Assembly (NCBI GenBank): GCA_036149055.1
Contig: JAYZQJ010000204.1
Location: 19,174-83,173 of the forward strand
Source of the DNA: Myxococcota bacterium
GTDB lineage: Bacteria; Myxococcota_A; Polyangia; Polyangiales; Sandaracinaceae
Reading direction: 5' to 3'
DNA: 64,000 nt
The translations under genes and the position numbers were made by a program. The notes under the pieces were generated by a model, which was not told where the DNA came from, searched no databases, and was given only the letters and a program-made list of their open reading frames with translations. Positions 1 to 8,083 of this stretch are shown in pieces. Position 1 is the stretch's first letter; each line of letters begins with the position of its first letter.

Positions 1-1266
1 ATCGTGTGCGGCCTCGACGGCCTCCTCACCGGGACCCGATCGGCCGCCGCGCAGCGGCTCCTCGGAGACCGCGAGGGGGAGGCCCTCTGGGACGTGCTCG
101 GGGCCGGCGAGATGGGCCGGCTCGCCTACGAGCAGCTCGCCGAGGATCTCCTGCCCTTCGAGGTCTCGGCCGCGGCGATGCCGGCGGAGATCGTGCGCGA
201 CGGACGGGTGCTCCGCCTCGGCTATCGCCCGGTCATCGAGGACGGCCGCTTCGCCTACGTGCTCCTGATCGTGCGCGACGCCACCGCGGAGGTCGCGGCC
301 GAGCGGGCGGACGCCGAGCGCCGGCAGATGACGAAGATAGTCTCGCACCTCGTGGCCGATCACGGCGGCTTCCTCGCGTTCGTGCGCGAGGTGGACGAGC
401 TCCTCCGGCGGCTCGGCGAGGCCGCGCCCGACGAGGAGCTCCTTCGCGCCCTGCACACGCTCAAGGGGAACACGGCCATCTTCGGGTTCGACGCCATCGC
501 GGCCCGCTGTCACGCGCTCGAGGAGCGGCTGGCCCAGGGCGCGGCGCTCACCCGCGAGGACGTCGATGGCCTGGCGCTCGCCTGGCGCGAGACCCTCGGC
601 GGCATCGGCGCGATGTTGGAGGGCGACACCGGCGGCGACATGCGGGTACTGCGCGGCGAGTACGATCGGCTCTGCGCGGCCCTCGAGCGAGAGGACACGC
701 CGACGTCGCTCCGGGAGCTCGTGGCGAGCTGGGAGCGGGAGGCGGTCCGAGATCTGCTCACGACGCCCGGCCGCCAGGCGGAGCGCCTCGCGGCGCAGCT
801 CGGCAAGCACGTCGACGTGGTGGTCGCGCACAACGACGTGCGGCTCCCCCACGAGGGGGCGCGAGGGCTGTTCCGCAGCCTGGTGCACCTCATCCGCAAC
901 GCGCTCGACCACGGGCTGGAGGGGCCGGCCGAGCGGGTCCGCGCCGGCAAGCCCGAGCGAGGCGCGCTCCACATCGCGGCCCACCGAGACGCGGAGCGCT
1001 TCACCATCAGCGTGCGCGACGACGGGCGCGGGATCGACGAGGAGGCCGTGCGCCGCCGGGCCCGGGAGCGCGGGCTCGACAGCGCGAGCCTCCTCGACGC
1101 GCTCTGCGCCGACGGAGTCTCCACCCGCGACGCGGTGAGCGAGGTCTCCGGCCGCGGCGTGGGGCTCGCCGCCGTGCGCGGCGCGTGCGAGGCCCTCGGC
1201 GGTCAGCTCGAGCTGGACTCCCGCCGCGGCGAGGGCACGACCTTCCGCTGCGTGATCCCCGCCTGA
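1..1266 (+). CDS. CheA-like Hpt + HATPase_c histidine kinase, 5'-truncated by the window edge, no CheW domain
   Basis: Hpt motif LLRALHTLKGN; N-box LVHLIRNALDHG; G1 DDGRGID; G2 VSEVSGRGVGL; ORF stops right after the ATPase domain (TTFRCVIPA*). The frame is open from base 1. Confidence 0.85.
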   Translation: MVCGLDGLLTGTRSAAAQRLLGDREGEALWDVLGAGEMGRLAYEQLAEDLLPFEVSAAAMPAEIVRDGRVLRLGYRPVIEDGRFAYVLLIVRDATAEVAAERADAERRQMTKIVSHLVADHGGFLAFVREVDELLRRLGEAAPDEELLRALHTLKGNTAIFGFDAIAARCHALEERLAQGAALTREDVDGLALAWRETLGGIGAMLEGDTGGDMRVLRGEYDRLCAALEREDTPTSLRELVASWEREAVRDLLTTPGRQAERLAAQLGKHVDVVVAHNDVRLPHEGARGLFRSLVHLIRNALDHGLEGPAERVRAGKPERGALHIAAHRDAERFTISVRDDGRGIDEEAVRRRARERGLDSASLLDALCADGVSTRDAVSEVSGRGVGLAAVRGACEALGGQLELDSRRGEGTTFRCVIPA

Positions 1267-1310
1267 TCCGTTTTCTTGCGCTTTCCGATCGCCGCCCCCT
1301 CAATCGAGGC

Positions 1311-1757
1311 ATGCAGCGAGAGCACGCGAAGGGGGGCCGCGAGGCCGAGGCGACCAGACCCGTACGGACCGTGTTCCTGCGGCGCGGGGCGGTCACGGAT
1401 CTGCACCGGCACGACGAGCCGAGCGCCTGGACCCGGGTGGTCTCGGGGCGCATCGTCGACGAGCGATGGCACCGCGCCGAGGGCGGCAAGCTCGTGCGCG
1501 AGGAGCGGGTGCTGCGCGCCGATCAGGCGCTGGCCGCGCCGACCGGGGCGCTCCACCGCGTCCGGGCGCTCGAAGACACCGCGTTCGTCACCTCGTGCTC
1601 CGACGAGTGCGGGTGCGCCCGGCCCGCCGCCCTCGAGGAGCTCTGCGCGGCCGACGTCGCCCGCGCGATGAGCGATCGGAGCGCGACCGAGACCGCGGTC
1701 GGCGCCCCGTCCCCCGCGCCGCCCGAGCGGAGCGCCCGGACGATCCTGAAGCGCTGA
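1311..1757 (+). CDS. Cupin-fold protein (cysteine-dioxygenase-like)
   Basis: ATG at 1311 after GAGG; HxH (DLHRH), then W-x-x-V-x-x-G...E and a distal LHRV, the usual cupin metal-ligand spacing. Confidence 0.6.
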   Translation: MQREHAKGGREAEATRPVRTVFLRRGAVTDLHRHDEPSAWTRVVSGRIVDERWHRAEGGKLVREERVLRADQALAAPTGALHRVRALEDTAFVTSCSDECGCARPAALEELCAADVARAMSDRSATETAVGAPSPAPPERSARTILKR

Positions 1758-1776
1758 GCGGTGATATCTTCGCGGC

Positions 1777-1974
1777 ATGAGTCAGTGGAAGCTGTGCAGC
1801 ATGTGCCGCAAGCCGATCGCGCACGGGAGCACGTACTACGCGTGCAGCGTCTCGACCTGTAACCGCAAACGGACCGCGCTCTTCTTCTGCTCGGTCGACT
1901 GCTGGGACGCCCACGACGCCGGCGCGAACCACCGGACGAGCTGGGCCGAGGAGAAGACCGCGCCAGCTTCGTGA
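1777..1974 (+). CDS. Small Cys-rich zinc-finger protein (65 aa)
   Basis: CxxC...CSVSTC...FCSVDCWDAH...H pattern; GC3-rich codon usage typical of real genes here. Confidence 0.8.
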   Translation: MSQWKLCSMCRKPIAHGSTYYACSVSTCNRKRTALFFCSVDCWDAHDAGANHRTSWAEEKTAPAS

Positions 1975-2023
1975 CAGGCGTCGCCCACGCCGTCCGAAAG
2001 CGGGTATCATCCCGCGCAGCATC

Positions 2024-2644
2024 ATGGCTCGACCAGTCGACGCCGACTCCGCGCGCACCTACGACTCGATCGTCAGGGCGGCGCTCGACGTGCTCGACGA
2101 GGCCGGGCTCCCCGAGCGGCTGAGCATGCGGAAGGTCGCCGCGGCCGCCGAGGTCAGCCCGGGGACCATCCAGTACTACTTCGGGTCCAAGACGGACCTG
2201 CTCGAGGCCTGCCTCGACGGCTACTACCAGCGGCTCACCGCGACCGCCGGGCAGCTGACCTCGACCATGCACGAGCGCGAGGGGGCGGCGCTCGTCGAGC
2301 ACGTCGCGCGCAGCCTCTTCCGCTTCGCGCGGCGGGAGCGGGCGCTGATCAAGCTGCGCATGGCCACCAACGCCCAGCGCGGCGAGCTGCACCCGAACCG
2401 CCAGCCCGAGTTCCTCGGCTCGATGATCGTCGAGGCCGCGAAGAGCTTCGCGCCCCACATCACGGTGGACCAGCTGCACGCGCGCCTCGCCATCCAGTCG
2501 ATGTCGTCGATCATGGCGCGCATGGCGCTGCTGACCGACTCCGAGCTCGAGTGCCTCACCGACGCGACCGGCGACGACGGCTGGGCGCAGGTCGAGGAGT
2601 ACGTCGCTCAGGCGGCCGTGCGGCTGCTCTGCCCGGCCGGCTGA
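2024..2644 (+). CDS. TetR/AcrR family transcriptional regulator
   Basis: N-terminal HTH IVRAALDVL...LSMRKVAAAAEVSPGTIQYYFGSKTDLL. Confidence 0.92.
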   Translation: MARPVDADSARTYDSIVRAALDVLDEAGLPERLSMRKVAAAAEVSPGTIQYYFGSKTDLLEACLDGYYQRLTATAGQLTSTMHEREGAALVEHVARSLFRFARRERALIKLRMATNAQRGELHPNRQPEFLGSMIVEAAKSFAPHITVDQLHARLAIQSMSSIMARMALLTDSELECLTDATGDDGWAQVEEYVAQAAVRLLCPAG

Positions 2645-3186
2645 GGCAGGTCTCCGGGCGGCAGATCAGTCGGCAGCTGGGGACCGAGGCGTAGCGAGCG
2701 CAGCACGTGCCACCCGATCGAGAGGCTGCCCACGCCGAGGCCGATCACCACGCCGGCGTCGACGATGCCGCGCCAGGGCTGGGGCGTCATGCGGACGAGG
2801 ACCACGAGCGCGCTGATGCCGACGACCAGCGACCACGCGACGAGGGTGCCGCGGCGCGTGGAGGCGAAGAGCGACATGCAGTACGCGGGCGCGAGGAGCG
2901 CGCTCCCGAGCCGGCGCCGGCGGCCGAGGTGGAAGGCGCGGGCCACGACCCGGGGCGAGAAGCGGCGGTGGAAGCCGCGCCAGCCCTCGGCGTAGCCCAT
3001 GAACGCGACCCAGCCGGCGAGGGCGGCCCAGTGCAGCGCGCCGAGCTCCATCGTCAGCGCCTCCGCCGCGATCGGCGACAGCCGGACGATCGCGTTCGCG
3101 AGCAGCGCGAGCACGCCGCCCACGCCCCACGCCACGACCATCCAGTCGAGGGGCGACAGGCGGGGGCGGTCCTCCATGGGGAGCAT
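2608..3186 (-). CDS. Integral membrane protein, hypothetical (about 4 TM segments)
   Basis: C-terminal ~190 aa of the long minus ORF; hydrophobic segments plus FMGYAEGWRGFHRRFSPRVVARA and QPWRGIVDAGVV; start at ATG 3186 or 3177. Confidence 0.75.
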   Translation of the reverse strand: MLPMEDRPRLSPLDWMVVAWGVGGVLALLANAIVRLSPIAAEALTMELGALHWAALAGWVAFMGYAEGWRGFHRRFSPRVVARAFHLGRRRRLGSALLAPAYCMSLFASTRRGTLVAWSLVVGISALVVLVRMTPQPWRGIVDAGVVIGLGVGSLSIGWHVLRSLRLGPQLPTDLPPGDLPQPAGQSSRTAA

Positions 3187-3234
3187 CCTACCTCGATCCC
3201 CCAGGATCGGCCGCCTCTGATAGCCTCTCCTCTC

Positions 3235-4455
3235 ATGGCGGCTCGAACGGTGCCCACGCCGGAGGACGTGCGGGCGATCGTCGCGTTGGACGACGACCCC
3301 ACCCTCCGAAACCTCAGGATCACGCAGGGCTATCACGACCTCTCGGAGGGGATGAGGGCGCGCACGGGCGGGCGTGACATCAACTGGACCACGCTCGGGA
3401 CGTGGGCCTCCAAGACGGCCGGCAAGTTCATCCGGAGCGAGGAGGTGCCGGCGGCGTTCCGCGCGCTGCTGTCCGCGGCCGGGCCGCTCGCCGAGGTCGA
3501 GGAGAAGCTCGGGGTGCGCGGCCTGGTCGGCCTCGCCGGGGACATCGTTTCCGACGTCAGCACCTACATCATGGTCGGCAACCGGGTGGTCTTCGCCGAG
3601 CTCGGCGGCTGCTTCGCCGACGTGCTCCAGACCCTCGGCGACGACGAGGCGTTCGACCAGGCCAGGCTCGACGGCCTCCTCGAGCGCTACGCGAAGGGTG
3701 ATCCGCAGCCCGACGTCACGCGCTGGGACGGCAAGACCCTCATCGGCGAGCAGCGCGGCGGCCAGAGCATGCTGCGCGACATGGCGACCGCGCTCTACCG
3801 CGCCATGCACGAGCCCGATCCCAAGACCCGCGCGGAGCTGCTGCTCCTCGCCAACGCTTACGGCGGCATTCACGAGCAGACCCGGCTCCAGACCTACATC
3901 GCGGGCTCGCTGAACGCGCCGTTCGAGGAGGTGCTGATCGGGCACGTGCACGACCAGCTCGACGACGGCGCGAAGAGGTCGCTGGCGACGACGCTGATCC
4001 GCCCCATCGCCAACCTCCTCGAGAAGGCGTGGAACGACTTCGCGACGCTGACGATGATGGAGCTCTACCTGCCCGACGGCACGATCCACCTCTCGCGTCC
4101 GCTCCCGCCGGATCCCGGCGGCCCGCTCGTGCCGAAGGATCTCGAGGAGATCGTCGACCCGACCCTGCGGACGGTGCTCTCGCGCTACGAGGCGCTCGAC
4201 CTCGACGTCGAGGAGCGCTTCATCGATCGCCTCGAGGACCGCTTCGCCGCGCTCATCGGGCTCGGGCACCGGCCCTCGCACGCGCAGGCGGTCGCGGTGG
4301 GCGCGGTCGACTGGGTCAGCCTCCCGCAGCGGATGCGCTACATCCTCACCCTCTTCCGGATGCGCGCGCAGGACCGGCACCTGATCGCGCAGCCCTTCAC
4401 CGACGCGCAGCGGGTGAAGATGGACGAGGGCGTCGTGCCCGAGGGGCCGCTCTAG
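3235..4455 (+). CDS. Conserved hypothetical protein, probably helical
   Basis: ATG 3235; strong GC3 bias; motifs NLRITQGY, NWTTLGTWASK, GNRVVFAE, HEQTRLQ, DWVSL; abuts the next gene (TAG-ATG). Confidence 0.75.
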   Translation: MAARTVPTPEDVRAIVALDDDPTLRNLRITQGYHDLSEGMRARTGGRDINWTTLGTWASKTAGKFIRSEEVPAAFRALLSAAGPLAEVEEKLGVRGLVGLAGDIVSDVSTYIMVGNRVVFAELGGCFADVLQTLGDDEAFDQARLDGLLERYAKGDPQPDVTRWDGKTLIGEQRGGQSMLRDMATALYRAMHEPDPKTRAELLLLANAYGGIHEQTRLQTYIAGSLNAPFEEVLIGHVHDQLDDGAKRSLATTLIRPIANLLEKAWNDFATLTMMELYLPDGTIHLSRPLPPDPGGPLVPKDLEEIVDPTLRTVLSRYEALDLDVEERFIDRLEDRFAALIGLGHRPSHAQAVAVGAVDWVSLPQRMRYILTLFRMRAQDRHLIAQPFTDAQRVKMDEGVVPEGPL

Positions 4456-7400
4456 ATGGAGTGCCCGAGCTGCCAGCACGAGAACCGCGACGGCGCGAAG
4501 TTCTGCGGCGAGTGCGGTGAGCGGCTCGCCGGCAAGTGTCCCAGCTGCGGCCACGTCAACCGGCCGAGCGCGAAGTTCTGCGACGACTGCGGGACCAAGC
4601 TCGCGGCCGCCGCGCCCAAGAAGAGCCCGTCGGGCGTCCAGGGCGAGCGCCGTCAGCTCAGCGTGATGTTCTGCGATCTGGTGTCGGCGACGGAGCTGTC
4701 GGCGCGCCTCGACCCGGAGGATCTGCGCGAGGTGATCCAGGCGTTCCAGCGGGCGGCGACCGAGGAGATCCGCCGCTTCGACGGTCACGTCGCGCAGCAC
4801 CTCGGGGACGGACTGCTCGTCTACTTCGGCTACCCGCGCGCCCACGAGGACGACGCGATCCGGGCCGGGCACGCGGCGCTCGGGGTCATCGAGGCGGTCG
4901 CGCGGCTGGACGAGCGGCTCTCTCGCGAGCGCGGGGTGAGGCTCGCGGTCCGCGTCGGCATCCACACCGGGCCCACGGTGGTCGGGGCGGTCGGCGGCGA
5001 GGGCGTGACCGAGCAGCTCGCGATCGGCGAGACCCCGAACCTGGCCGCGCGCCTCCAGGGCATCGCCGAGCCGAACACCGCGGTGGTCAGCGCCGAGACC
5101 GAGCGCCTCCTGCGACGCGCCTTCCGCACCGAGAGCCGCGGCGCGCACGCGCTCAAGGGCTTCGACGAGGCGCGCGAGGTGTTCCGCGTCGTCACCCGCG
5201 GCCCGAGCGCCGAGGAGCCGGTGCCGCGCACGCCCTTCGTCGGTCGCGAGGCCGAGGTCTCCGCGCTCCGATCGCTCCTCGAGCAGGCGAAGGCGGGCTC
5301 CGGCCGCTCGGTGCTGATCCGCGGCGAGGCCGGCGTGGGCAAGTCTCGCCTCTGCTCGGTGCTCGACGGCGCCGAGGCCCGGGTGCTGCGCTCGCGCGGC
5401 TCCACCTTCTTCGCGCACACGCCCTTCCAGCCGGTCGGCGAGCTGCTGCGTCAGCTCGCGCGCGTGCCCGACGACGAAGGGCGGCTCGACGCGCTCCGCG
5501 CCCTGATCGAGCGGCTCGAGCTGTCGGACCCGGACGCCCTCGGGCTCCTCGCGCCGCTCCTCGGCGTCGACGACGTCCCGCTCCCGCCGCTCACGCCGCA
5601 GATCCGCAAGGGCCGGACGCTCGCGCTGCTCGTGGCGGCGTTCCTGCGCGCGGCCGAGCTCGCGCCCACCCTCATCGTGCTCGAGGACGTGCACTGGGTG
5701 GACGAGTCGACCCTGGAGCTCGTCGGCGGGCTGGCCGAGTCCCTCGCGGACGCGCCGCTGCTGCTCGTCCTGACCGCCCGGCCGGAGTTCCGCGCGCAGT
5801 GGCACGTGCAGACCGAGCTGGCCCTGCATCGCCTGCCGCGCGCCGCCATCGACGCGATCATCGACGCGGTGGGGGAGGGCGAGATCCCGCCCGAGCTCGC
5901 CCAGCAGATCACCCTCAAGGCCGACGGGAACCCGCTCTTCGCGGAGGAGCTCGCGCAGATGGTGATCGAGTCCGGTCTGCTCGAGTCGAAGGTCAACACG
6001 AGCGGTGAGCATCAGCTGCTCGCCATCCCGGCGACCCTGCACGACTCGCTGATGGCGCGCCTCGATCAGCTGCCGCCGAAGAAGAAGACCCTCGTGCAGC
6101 TCTGCTCCACGATCGGGCGGCGGTTCAGCGAGGAGCTGCTCCGCGAGATCTTGCGCTCCTTCGAGGAGGAGATGCAGAACGAGCTGCGGCGCATCACCGA
6201 CGGCGAGCTCATCTACCAGCGCGGCGTGTCCCCCCGATCGATGTTCGTGTTCAAGCACGCGCTCGTGCAGGACGCGGCCTACGCCTCGCTTCTCAAGCGG
6301 ACCCGGCGCAAGTACCACCAGCGGGTCGCCGACGTGCTGAGCGAGCGCTTCCCGGAGACGCCGCCCGAGGTGCTCGCCCACCACCTGACCGAGGGCAACC
6401 GGCCGGCCGCCGCGGTGCCGCACTGGCACGCCGCCGGGCAGGCCGCGCTCGGCGCCTTCGCCCTCGGGGACGCGATGAGCCACCTCTCCCGCGGGCTGGC
6501 CTGCGTCGAGCAGCTCCCGGAGGGCGACGCGCGGCTCGCGCAGGAGCTGGCGCTGCGCGGCACGCTCGGTGTCCCGCTGATGCTCACCCAGGGCTTCGCG
6601 TCGTCGGAGGTCGAGGCCAACTACTCGCGCATGCTCGAGCTCTGCCAGCACGCCGGGGACGACGCCGCCGCCCAGGTCTTCCCGGCGCTCTGGGGCCTCT
6701 GGACCTTCTACATCGTCAGCGGTCAGCACCCGAAGGCGGAGGAGACGGCGTCCATGCTGCGCGGGCTGGGCGAGCGGACCGGCGACGTCGCGATCCGGGT
6801 GGCCGGGCTCACCGCCCACGGCGCGGCGCGGCTGATGCGGGGGCACATCACCGACGGCCGCCGCGCGCTCGAGGAGGCGCTGGCCTCGTACGACCGGGAG
6901 GCTCACGGGCCGCTGGCGCTGCAGCTCGGGCAGGACCTCGGCGCGATGTGCCTCTCGTTCCTCACCTGGGCGCACGTGCACGCGGGCGAGGACGATCAGG
7001 CGACGCAGCGCGCGAACGAGGCGGACGCGCTCGCCGACGCGCTGGCGCAGCCCTCGACCCGCGCCTTCGTCGACACGGTGCTCGGGACCTGGAGCTGCGT
7101 GGCCGGGGACCCGAGCGACGCGGCCCGCCGGGCGGAGGTCGTGGTGCAGCTGGCCGCGCAGATGGGCATGCCGCACTGGGACGCTCAGGCGCGCATCGTG
7201 CGCGGCTGGAGCCGAGCCCTGGGCGGCGAGTCGGCGGTCGAGGACATTCGCGCCGGCGTCGAGGCGCTCACCGCGATGGGCTCCATGGCGACGATGACCC
7301 TCTACTGGGCCGGGCTCGCCGAGGCGGAGCTCGCCGCCGGCCGGCTCGACGAGGCGCGGGCCGCGGTCCGGGAGGCCGCCGCCTATCTCGCCCGGAGCGA

Positions 7401-7569
7401 CGAGCGCGTGCACGAGGCCGGGCTCGCGATCATGGATGGGCGGGTCGCGCTCGCGGCCGGCGACGTGGGACACGCCCGCGCCGCCTTCGAGCGCGCCCTC
7501 GCGGTGGCCCAGGCGCAGGAGGCGCACGGCATGGCCCGGCGCGCCGAGCGCCACCTCGCGGAGATGTGA
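4456..7569 (+). CDS. Class III adenylate/guanylate cyclase with double zinc ribbon, STAND AAA NTPase and TPR-like C-terminus
   Basis: Four N-terminal CxxC; cyclase motifs VMFCDL, LGDGL, RVGIHTG, GETPNLAARLQ; Walker A GEAGVGKS; Walker B LEDVHW; GNPLF; FKHAL. Confidence 0.93.
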   Translation: MECPSCQHENRDGAKFCGECGERLAGKCPSCGHVNRPSAKFCDDCGTKLAAAAPKKSPSGVQGERRQLSVMFCDLVSATELSARLDPEDLREVIQAFQRAATEEIRRFDGHVAQHLGDGLLVYFGYPRAHEDDAIRAGHAALGVIEAVARLDERLSRERGVRLAVRVGIHTGPTVVGAVGGEGVTEQLAIGETPNLAARLQGIAEPNTAVVSAETERLLRRAFRTESRGAHALKGFDEAREVFRVVTRGPSAEEPVPRTPFVGREAEVSALRSLLEQAKAGSGRSVLIRGEAGVGKSRLCSVLDGAEARVLRSRGSTFFAHTPFQPVGELLRQLARVPDDEGRLDALRALIERLELSDPDALGLLAPLLGVDDVPLPPLTPQIRKGRTLALLVAAFLRAAELAPTLIVLEDVHWVDESTLELVGGLAESLADAPLLLVLTARPEFRAQWHVQTELALHRLPRAAIDAIIDAVGEGEIPPELAQQITLKADGNPLFAEELAQMVIESGLLESKVNTSGEHQLLAIPATLHDSLMARLDQLPPKKKTLVQLCSTIGRRFSEELLREILRSFEEEMQNELRRITDGELIYQRGVSPRSMFVFKHALVQDAAYASLLKRTRRKYHQRVADVLSERFPETPPEVLAHHLTEGNRPAAAVPHWHAAGQAALGAFALGDAMSHLSRGLACVEQLPEGDARLAQELALRGTLGVPLMLTQGFASSEVEANYSRMLELCQHAGDDAAAQVFPALWGLWTFYIVSGQHPKAEETASMLRGLGERTGDVAIRVAGLTAHGAARLMRGHITDGRRALEEALASYDREAHGPLALQLGQDLGAMCLSFLTWAHVHAGEDDQATQRANEADALADALAQPSTRAFVDTVLGTWSCVAGDPSDAARRAEVVVQLAAQMGMPHWDAQARIVRGWSRALGGESAVEDIRAGVEALTAMGSMATMTLYWAGLAEAELAAGRLDEARAAVREAAAYLARSDERVHEAGLAIMDGRVALAAGDVGHARAAFERALAVAQAQEAHGMARRAERHLAEM

Positions 7570-8021
7570 TGGCGCGCTACCTCACCACCGTCACCGTGCC
7601 CGTCGCGATCGACACCACGTTCGCCTACGTGAGCGACTTCAGCCACGCGGGCAGCTGGGACCCGCGGGTGAGCGCGGCTCGCCGCCTCGACGACGGCGGC
7701 CCGGTCGGCCTCGGCTCGCGCTTCGAGCTCGACTCCCCCGGCCCGCTCGGCGGCACGATCGCCTTCCCCTATCGGGTCGTCCGCTTCGACGCGCCGCACC
7801 ACGTCGCCTTCGAGGGCCAGGTCGACTTCGCCTCCTACCGGGACGCGCTCACCTTCGAAGCCGACGGCGACGCCGCGACCAAGCTCACCTACGACGCCCG
7901 CTTCGAGCTCCGGGGCCTGCTGCGCCTCGGCAGCCCGATCATGAGCCTCTTCTTCCAGCGCATCGGAGACGACGCGACGAACGGGATCCCGGACGCGGTG
8001 GCCCGCGCCGCGCGGGGTTGA
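7569..8021 (+). CDS. SRPBCC (START-like) family protein
   Basis: TGATG overlap with the cyclase; TFAYVSDF...WDP...GLGSRF pattern; 150 aa. Confidence 0.85.
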   Translation: MARYLTTVTVPVAIDTTFAYVSDFSHAGSWDPRVSAARRLDDGGPVGLGSRFELDSPGPLGGTIAFPYRVVRFDAPHHVAFEGQVDFASYRDALTFEADGDAATKLTYDARFELRGLLRLGSPIMSLFFQRIGDDATNGIPDAVARAARG

Positions 8022-8083
8022 ACGGTTCCGCGCAGGGCCGGAAATTGCCCCCCGTGGGTCTCCGGCGTACCCCCGGGGCGGTG

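Noticed and set aside
2608..7554. 1648-aa minus-strand ORF and similar giant shadow ORFs (e.g. 32465-36985, 36748-41025, 46942-50760, 50601-54134)
   Set aside because: Antisense to well-supported genes; stop-poor frames are expected at this GC content. Only the last ~190 aa of 2608-7554 looks like a real membrane protein.
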